From sequence record MT884009.2: a stretch of 64,000 nt of DNA; one strand, 5' to 3'. The position numbers were made by a program, and so were the translations under genes. Shown piece by piece: positions 9,234 to 16,700 of this stretch. The DNA comes from Escherichia phage vb_EcoM_bov11CS3. How positions within the stretch are numbered: position 1 is the stretch's first letter; the number at the start of each line of letters is the position of its first letter. Below the pieces are notes generated by a model. It was not told the DNA's origin and made no database searches. It saw nothing but the letters and a program-made list of their open reading frames with translations.

Positions 9234-9491
9234 ATGGCAACAGAAGTAGTAATCAAATCTGAACGCCCAGTTAAAAAAGCTATCAACACGTTCCCTGTGG
9301 GAACCATTGTGAGCATGATCACAGAGTCAGGCCGTGTATCTACGCTGCTGATTGTGAAATCTGCATGTTCTTCTTGTGTGTGGGCTTACGATCTGGACGA
9401 GAAAGAACTAAAAGATTTTGTTGGGGAGCTGAAAGCAACAGAGCTCGATGCTCGTATCGAAGTATTTGGTGAAACTGTGGAGGAAGAGTAA
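9234..9491 (+). CDS. hypothetical protein, 85 aa
   Basis: ORF track; tightly packed in operon. Confidence 0.5.
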   Translation: MATEVVIKSERPVKKAINTFPVGTIVSMITESGRVSTLLIVKSACSSCVWAYDLDEKELKDFVGELKATELDARIEVFGETVEEE

Positions 9492-9754
9492 TGACCACGA
9501 AAATCACTATTGCAGAACCGAAAGCTAACACGCAACCTATCGAAAAATTTAAATGTGGTGAGGTGGTAACATTTACACCAGATAATGAGGATGCTAAGAT
9601 TTTCGCCATGGTCACAGCTGAGTGGATGTGCGACAATACCACACAGGTTCTGCGTTTTGACACCTATCTTACAGATGAAATCAGGAACGACAAGATCGTG
9701 ACTGGTGTTGATACTGAAATTGTTTTCTACAAGAGCTTTTTAGAGGGTTTCTGA
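9491..9754 (+). CDS. hypothetical protein, 87 aa
   Basis: ORF track; start overlaps previous stop. Confidence 0.5.
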   Translation: MTTKITIAEPKANTQPIEKFKCGEVVTFTPDNEDAKIFAMVTAEWMCDNTTQVLRFDTYLTDEIRNDKIVTGVDTEIVFYKSFLEGF

Positions 9755-9755
9755 T

Positions 9756-9989
9756 ATGGCAAAAATTCGTAAATTATCCAACAATCAGGTTGTGAAAGAC
9801 TTTGAATCTGGAGAGATTCTTTATGTTCGTGATGCAGATGACGAAGGTGAAGATCTTGTTATGTTGGTAGGGCACGCTGAGGACGGATGCATCCAAGCTG
9901 TTTTTCTTGAAACAGCTATGGTGCACTGGATAGAGCTGGACCTGAAAGCACGAAAACCTAAAGCAGAAATCTTGATTTACGAAGATTAA
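9756..9989 (+). CDS. hypothetical protein, 77 aa
   Basis: ORF track. Confidence 0.5.
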   Translation: MAKIRKLSNNQVVKDFESGEILYVRDADDEGEDLVMLVGHAEDGCIQAVFLETAMVHWIELDLKARKPKAEILIYED

Positions 9990-10005
9990 CAAAAAGGAGA
10001 GAGCC

Positions 10006-10455
10006 GTGTTGAGCAAACGTGAATGCGACAGCATTAGCCTAAATTCTTATAAGAAACAATGGTTTGGGGTGGAAGTTTGCCGACTGCGGCTAGGCTCCTA
10101 CCTGAACTTCGTTTATTATGAGAGCGACAGCCGTATCGTTTCTTATGAAGTGTTCTACACTAAGAACACATTCGAACTGCGCCGTAAAGCAGAGGGAGGG
10201 AGAACTACCACCCAGAATAATTGGGAAACTATTCTGCCTCCAGATGTTATAGGAAGTCCCCTGAATGTATCTGAAGATGAAAATCTTATGGTTCATGCTA
10301 TGATGGGACTTGACAGCTTAGAGCTGGCGATCTATGATATGTCCATCGAAGCAGTTAAGCTGGACTACATCGAAAACACTTTAGAGGAAGGTATCAAGAA
10401 GTTTCTCAGTGAGAAATTAAAAGATCACTTTCATAAGGAGCTATACCTGTTATGA
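10006..10455 (+). CDS. hypothetical protein, 149 aa (GTG start)
   Basis: AAGGAGA at 9994-10000, 5 nt before GTG at 10006. Confidence 0.5.
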   Translation: MLSKRECDSISLNSYKKQWFGVEVCRLRLGSYLNFVYYESDSRIVSYEVFYTKNTFELRRKAEGGRTTTQNNWETILPPDVIGSPLNVSEDENLMVHAMMGLDSLELAIYDMSIEAVKLDYIENTLEEGIKKFLSEKLKDHFHKELYLL

Positions 10456-10697
10456 AGACTCGTAAAGAACGTAACAAAATTTTACCTGGAGCTCTCGAAC
10501 ACCTGATGAAGTGCAGATCTATTTGGCACTCTGCCAAGGAAGGGCAGAAGGTGGTTGTGGTTAGTGACAATACCAACCCGTTTGGAGATTATACCACTAT
10601 GATGGCCCCATATGTCCGTGATGGCGTTGTGGAAGTGGTCCCTTACAACGGTCTGCATGAACGGCACTTTGAAAGCACTTTGCTAGTGGAGCTATAG
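10452..10697 (+). CDS. hypothetical protein, 81 aa
   Basis: ORF track; 4-nt overlap with upstream gene. Confidence 0.5.
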   Translation: MKTRKERNKILPGALEHLMKCRSIWHSAKEGQKVVVVSDNTNPFGDYTTMMAPYVRDGVVEVVPYNGLHERHFESTLLVEL

Positions 10698-10699
10698 TC

Positions 10700-11266
10700 A
10701 TGGCGGTCAATGTGGCTTACAACACAGGAAAGCTTGACAGAGACATTGGGTGTCTTGTCCTTTCAGATACAGAAGAGTATTGGGGTTATGGGTTGCTGTC
10801 AGACCCACACCCGAGCAACCTTGTATCAACAGTGCTATACCGCTACGACCCTGTGCCAACGGTACACGACAAAGACATTCACGACCTTCGGATCAAGTGT
10901 CTGGAAGATCTGCTGAACAATGGTTGCAACGATCTGCAGGTAGCCAAGGAGAAGCTTACAAACATTCACAAAGAGGAAGTGATGAGCACCCTTAGTAAAA
11001 GATCAGTGCACAAAAAGATGATGCTGAACTTTGCAATGGGTATCTACATGGACGGGTATAAGGGAGGGGATCCGATCCTCAAGCTTCGCTGCCCAACACT
11101 GTGGGAAAGAGTGGTTGACAGTAAGGACGGTACTGCCCTGCTCGAACTCCACACTGCAGGTTGGATTTGGCGGTATGTAGACGGATACCCTTTATGGGCA
11201 TGTGGGCCAGGGGAATTTGTTGACAGACCTAGCGCGGTGGTGGATTTACTATTGCAGTTTGAATAA
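10700..11266 (+). CDS. hypothetical protein, 188 aa
   Basis: ORF track. Confidence 0.5.
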   Translation: MAVNVAYNTGKLDRDIGCLVLSDTEEYWGYGLLSDPHPSNLVSTVLYRYDPVPTVHDKDIHDLRIKCLEDLLNNGCNDLQVAKEKLTNIHKEEVMSTLSKRSVHKKMMLNFAMGIYMDGYKGGDPILKLRCPTLWERVVDSKDGTALLELHTAGWIWRYVDGYPLWACGPGEFVDRPSAVVDLLLQFE

Positions 11267-11323
11267 AAAGGTGAGTTATAAGGTATTCATACACCTACCA
11301 ACAATACAACAGGGGAGACTGAC

Positions 11324-11599
11324 ATGACAAAAGAAGAGGCCGACGTATTAGATTTTGCACTAGAGGCTACGCAGGAGGCTTTGGTGTTAGCTTGGAAAAT
11401 GAACCAGCGTGCTGCAGAATGCAACCACCGCATCAATGAGATTCTGGGAATGTCTATGTATGATTTCACTATGCATGCCGGAGAGATTCCTGAATTAACT
11501 GCAGAGATGAATGATCTTGACAATAAAATTAATATCATTCTGAAGACAGCAGAAACAACTCACCAAACCGCCCGTAAATTTATCAACGAGAAGGTGTGA
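11324..11599 (+). CDS. hypothetical protein, 91 aa
   Basis: ORF track. Confidence 0.5.
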   Translation: MTKEEADVLDFALEATQEALVLAWKMNQRAAECNHRINEILGMSMYDFTMHAGEIPELTAEMNDLDNKINIILKTAETTHQTARKFINEKV

Positions 11600-11601
11600 A
11601 T

Positions 11602-12066
11602 ATGGACTACAGCTACTGCGGGGAAGAAGTTCCTTTTAACTACAGCAATCTTACCACGAGCAATCCATATGAGACTCGCCACGGCACACACATCATTGCC
11701 ATTGACTTTGATGGAACGTTTAATGCGAGCCCTTTCATCTTCTCCCGCCTGATCAGGGATCTGAAGAAGGAGGGGTGGACAGTCTACCTTGTGACTTCCA
11801 GATTCATTACTCAAGACAATGTAGACATTGAGTATTGGCGCAAGGAGCTTGATGTTGGTGTGTTTTATACTGGAGGTGTTCAGAAGGCAGCCTATCTGGC
11901 GCAGTTTGATATCTACCCAGATATCTGGATTGATGATTCTCCGGCATGTATTCCGGCTAAGAATCAGTTAGAGTTTGCAATGAAGGAGATCGAGTATAAG
12001 TCTGAGGCTAAGCGGAACGGATGGCCCTTTATTATTGAAGATTACCCAGATCCTGAACCGGAGTAA
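11602..12066 (+). CDS. HAD-superfamily phosphatase/nucleotidase-like protein, 154 aa
   Basis: HAD motif I IIAIDFDGT (DxDGT), motif II LVTSR, motif IV WIDDSP. ATG at 11602. Confidence 0.6.
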   Translation: MDYSYCGEEVPFNYSNLTTSNPYETRHGTHIIAIDFDGTFNASPFIFSRLIRDLKKEGWTVYLVTSRFITQDNVDIEYWRKELDVGVFYTGGVQKAAYLAQFDIYPDIWIDDSPACIPAKNQLEFAMKEIEYKSEAKRNGWPFIIEDYPDPEPE

Positions 12067-12071
12067 GAGCC

Positions 12072-12242
12072 ATGAGGCGAAGATATCATTACCTGATGTG
12101 GAAGTTATATCAAAATGCTGCCAAAGCCTATCATATCATGTTTGGCAATGACGATCACTACATCATGTTACATCTCACCGCTATTAAGCATCACAATGAG
12201 TGGATTCATGCAATCGTGGCAGGTGATAAAGACTTTAAGTAA
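12072..12242 (+). CDS. small ORF, 56 aa (not in ORF track)
   Basis: ATG 12072 to TAA 12240-12242, read manually; GGAG 9 nt upstream; fills an otherwise empty gap. Confidence 0.3.
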   Translation: MRRRYHYLMWKLYQNAAKAYHIMFGNDDHYIMLHLTAIKHHNEWIHAIVAGDKDFK

Positions 12243-12369
12243 GATATGCCTTAAAACGCAACAGGAGTCCCTGTAGCGCACTTAACTCACCGCAGGTATA
12301 AGATTGCATTGCTGGGTAGTTTTGTGCGTTATTTTTAGTTACATAGCTTTCTAGACGGAGACCGATTAA

Positions 12370-12750
12370 ATGTGCAAGTGCAAATCCTATAATTGGAAAG
12401 TGAAAGGTGCCAAGCATCCAAATGTTATCGTTGATGTGCCTAAAAAACTTCGAGACGGCAAAAAACGTGTGTGCCTTGATAAGTGCATGGCTAAGCCTAT
12501 CATGAGTCTATGGGCGGCAGGATTGAAAACTCTAAACTGCTGCTGTGGTCATAACAAAGATGTTCCAAGCATCATTATCCCAGAGGATGCAGACCCTAAA
12601 GCTTATGCCAAAATATTGACCCGCTACCCCAGCACCTTTCTGATCGGAAAATGGTGTCACGATGAACTTCAATGGTGGATAGCGTACGGCAGTGTAGGTG
12701 CTGCTTTTGGCTTCCCAGCTTTGTCAGAGCGCTACGTCAAAGCATCATAA
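12370..12750 (+). CDS. hypothetical Cys-rich protein, 126 aa
   Basis: ORF track; multiple Cys (CKCK, NCCCGHNKD). Confidence 0.5.
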   Translation: MCKCKSYNWKVKGAKHPNVIVDVPKKLRDGKKRVCLDKCMAKPIMSLWAAGLKTLNCCCGHNKDVPSIIIPEDADPKAYAKILTRYPSTFLIGKWCHDELQWWIAYGSVGAAFGFPALSERYVKAS

Positions 12751-12856
12751 TCTGTTTTAAGGCCTCAAACGAGGCCTGTGCCTTCAATAACTCTACCCTC
12801 CCTTGTGATTACACCCACCTTTCAAAAAACTTCCCCAAAACGCTTAAAAAATGTTG

Positions 12857-12886
12857 TTGACAGCACACACCCCAGTTTGCTATTCT
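12857..12886 (+). promoter_or_regulatory. near-consensus sigma70-like promoter
   Basis: TTGACA 12857-12862, 18-nt spacer, TATTCT 12881-12886, A-rich upstream tract; GGAG at 12907-12910 precedes ATG 12920. Confidence 0.5.
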
Positions 12887-12919
12887 CATTATCACAGATA
12901 CAGAACGGAGTAACAAAAA

Positions 12920-13249
12920 ATGGCACATGTGAATATTAAACTACATTATCATGGTAGAAAACCAAAATATCCAATGCATAAAGTATTTTGGGGGTTGCAT
13001 ATCCAAGAAAAAGAAGGTATTGGTTACTGGTTTTGTGACCACGATAGACAATGGCATACCCATGAAGAAGTGTGCACTATGATAGAGCAGGGTATTAAAT
13101 TTAATTTCTCAAACTATGATCATGGTGTTAATTGCATTCGAAAATTGAAACGATTTCTTAGAAAGAATCCTGAACTTAAAGGGCTTACATTCTTTATGTC
13201 TCATAACTACATGGGGTATAGCGCTACTGTAACTGCAAGGATTAAGTAA
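12920..13249 (+). CDS. hypothetical His/Cys-rich protein, 109 aa
   Basis: ORF track; follows promoter and RBS; low-GC segment. Confidence 0.5.
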   Translation: MAHVNIKLHYHGRKPKYPMHKVFWGLHIQEKEGIGYWFCDHDRQWHTHEEVCTMIEQGIKFNFSNYDHGVNCIRKLKRFLRKNPELKGLTFFMSHNYMGYSATVTARIK

Positions 13250-13250
13250 T

Positions 13251-13469
13251 ATGAGCAAAGTAAAATTTGTTAAATTTAAAAATCCTAACGGAATAACAGC
13301 CCTTATGATGGGTGTACACTTTACACCGGGCAAAGAGTATGAGGCAGATGTATACAATGGGATAGATGGTAAAGTTGGGATAGGTGTGTGGACAAACCGT
13401 GGAGAAAGATACTTTATCAAGGATATGGATGCTCACTGGGGTATTTGGGAAGTTGTTGGAGATCTGTGA
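13251..13469 (+). CDS. hypothetical protein, 72 aa
   Basis: ORF track; 1-nt gap to upstream gene. Confidence 0.45.
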   Translation: MSKVKFVKFKNPNGITALMMGVHFTPGKEYEADVYNGIDGKVGIGVWTNRGERYFIKDMDAHWGIWEVVGDL

Positions 13470-13538
13470 TGATGAAATGAAATACTGTTTCTTCGGCAAT
13501 ATGTAATATAGATTGGTTAAATATGGAGACTGATAGAG

Positions 13539-13739
13539 ATGGCTGATTTTTGTAAAGACTGTTCTGAAGAGTTGTTTGGTCGTGACTGCGGAGATCTGAA
13601 AGGATTGATCACGGAGAAGCAGTGGAAGGAAGGTTATGCGGCACCTGTTATCTGTGAAGGCTGTGGTTACACCTATGTCGATCATGAAGGTAAGCGTGTC
13701 CAGCCGTCTGAAGATGGGTCGTGTTGGGAATATTACTAA
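13539..13739 (+). CDS. small zinc-ribbon-like protein, 66 aa
   Basis: CxxC...CxxC pattern (CKDC ... CEGCG); GGAG before ATG. Confidence 0.45.
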   Translation: MADFCKDCSEELFGRDCGDLKGLITEKQWKEGYAAPVICEGCGYTYVDHEGKRVQPSEDGSCWEYY

Positions 13740-13743
13740 TTAT

Positions 13744-13778
13744 AAAAAGAAAGGGGCCAAACGGCCCCTTTTTATTTT
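13744..13778. terminator. bidirectional Rho-independent terminator between convergent blocks
   Basis: AAAAAGAAA-GGGGCCAAACGGCCCC-TTTTTATTTT: GC stem with A-tract on one side and T-tract on the other. Confidence 0.6.
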
Positions 13779-13785
13779 CCTCCTG

Positions 13786-16700
13786 TTAACTAGGGAAGTT
13801 TGTATAAGCTTCGAGATGGTATTGCTGGTTACCAGGTAGCATAACACCTATGCTTGCAATACCTAATGTTCTACCACCAGGGTTCCACTGAAACTTAAAT
13901 CCAATCCAACCCGAGCTTCTGGCTGCATCAATGTTGTCACTGTACCCAAAAGTGGCTAGACCATCAACACCTGCTCCGAAAAGCAGTTGTATCTGGTTCC
14001 TTGGTAGGCCAATAATTTCAGGTATGTAAGCACCAAAAAATGTAGGGTTGGTGGTTGTGGTCGGATTGTTCATTACCGGACCGGTAAAGACCCTCATATT
14101 AGACGTTCCTGCAGGTCTAGGGTAGGCCCCGTCAAGAGGATTTCCTTCCCAAATAAACCACTGAGGTGCCATCTGTTTGACAGTGAATGATGTTGAGGAC
14201 GTTTTGCGGCCTGCATCATCTGTAACTACAAACTTTATGGTGACATTCCCAGTAGCTTTAAATGTTACCAGTCCTGTGGTAGCATCCACTGTTGCAATGT
14301 TGGTATTGCTACTTTCCCAAGTCTTTCTAATCCCAGATACGTTGGAAGGGGTAATAGAAGGTTCCTGCATCTGCAGTTGACCACCCACAATCCCTATGCC
14401 GTTGCCAGGATTATACAGTGCACCAACCTCGTCTATAATGTTCCCTGCTTTGAGACTATACTTCCTTGAGAAATTGTAGGTTCCGTTATAAGTGTGTGTC
14501 CCTGAGAAGGTGACATCTGCCTTCCCGTAAGAGATGCAAACCAACGCATACTTCCTGTCAGGCAACGTTTCTCCAGTCTCTGGGTGAGTTTTACCCACCT
14601 GGAACACGCTCGGGTCAGTAGAGTCGTGACTATCGCTAATGGAGCTTGGACCGCCCATCAACTGTGACAAACAATTCCTTACCCATGTCCAGTTATTATC
14701 ACTGGAGAAGTCCACAGTCAAATCAAACACAACCCACTCATTCGGCTTCCACACAGGTGTTGCAATGGACTTGCCTACACCGCCTCCTTGGAGTGTTGCC
14801 GACTGTTCGGTGATCAGGGCCGCATAGGCCAGAGTCCCTAAACTCAGAGTCTGGCTTGCTGTCCTTACTACCTTAGAATCAGCATCTGTGAAGTTGTTGA
14901 TGATTTGGAATGTGCCATAAGTGTTTTTACAGGTAATTCTGGCGTTCAGTGTGTCAATCTTCCTCACATCTGCCATAGCAGTGTTAGACACAGAGAAGTC
15001 AGAAGCTTTAGCTGAGTTTGCCGCAACAGCAGGATCAACGTTAAGAGTTGCGTTGAACTGACAGGCAGGGGTAACCAGCAGCTTGTTATCACCTATTTGC
15101 TTCCATGAAACACTTTGAACAGGGAGATTCCATTTAATACCTGAGAAAACCTTAGCAACCCTTGGCCCCAAAGCTCCAGTCCTGTTGTCTTTACAGCACA
15201 TAGACATGGTGATCGTTGACGGAGTGGCCTGACCAAATAATTGCTGTGCTTTTGCAGAGGACATGGTGTAGAAATTGTCCTTAACAAACTCATCAGCGGC
15301 TAAAGATCCATCAGCCCTCCACCACTGGACCTGATACCCCGTTTTATCCCAACCACCGACCTGCTTCAAGTCCTCCCAGGAGATTTCCAGATCCCCAGTG
15401 GTAGGGTTGATTGCAGCAGTTCCCGGTGCTCCTGGTGACCACAATGGGATATCGAACCACGCTGGTTTAACCGACTGCACTGCATTAGGACCTATTGCAG
15501 CAGCAAGTTGTTGACCCATCAGCACGCGAGCATCTTTCACCAGGCCCCATTCTATCATAGACCCAGAGTAACCTTCTTTCTTGTAGGCAGAGGATCCGTT
15601 CAAATGGATGAGCCTGCTGCAGTCGAAGCCATACGCTCCACCACCGTTAGGATCTGCAAAGTTGGTTATGATTCTATCCCTAATATTTTTCCATGCCCTA
15701 CCTCCAATCTCGTAGTCATGGTCATAACATCTTTGCAACGTTGTCCAGCAAATGATTGCCATTCTTCTGCCACCTGTGAACCCGAAAGCGCCGTCATTCA
15801 GCTCTTTCCACAGGTAACAGTTGGTTGTCCACATAGCCCTGTGGATATTGAACCAGTTTATAGATTTAGCGGAGTTGTTCCACTGAGTTCCGGGTAATTC
15901 AGGCCACACTGCATTGACTAGCATGTCCTCTGTACCGGCATCCATTAAGAAACCTCTTACCTTCTTGCCCATACCTACCCTGTCTTTAGCAATCCAATTG
16001 CCAAACAGTCTCAGTTTTGGACCATAAACAACATCCTCTGGGTGCTCAAAAGAGACATACTTTAAATAGATTGTTGGGTCACCGTAGGTGCCATCACAAA
16101 CACTTTTGTGCATGTTTTCGCCAAGGTCTAGACGAAGCCCCGTCACTACTTTAGACGTGTCGGTGAATTTGTCTGTTAAGTCAAATTCATACCACCACCA
16201 CCCGCCACCTAGCATAAATTTCTTGCATCGCACAGCGTCTGTGTCAGATATTCTCTTATCCCCTGCAAAAGGTGAATCAGCAAACTGATAGTGCAGAGCA
16301 GTCTCAAATAGGTGGGTGGAAGTTCCGTTCTCTGCAAGAACTTGCTTACCTATCAGATCGCACTTAATGATCATCACAACACGCTTGTATCCGTTTGTTA
16401 CCGGAACTTGCATAGATATGGATGTTCCATCCATGTTCGATCTTAGATCACTCATGATGATATAGGGGTCGACAGCGTTACCTAAAGTTTCAGGCCCTGG
16501 AATTATCTTGTATTTCTTGACCTGGCCCATAAATCTGTCACTGGCGTAAGTTGCAGCCTCAAAACAAGAGCCACCACCAGGTAATTCTCCAGGTCCCCAG
16601 AAAAATGCCCCGTAGCAGTTATAGAACCACTTATTAGGATCGTATTTGTTCTTGAAGGTCTGGACCTCGTTGGCCTGTTTTGTCAAGAAAACCTGCGTAT

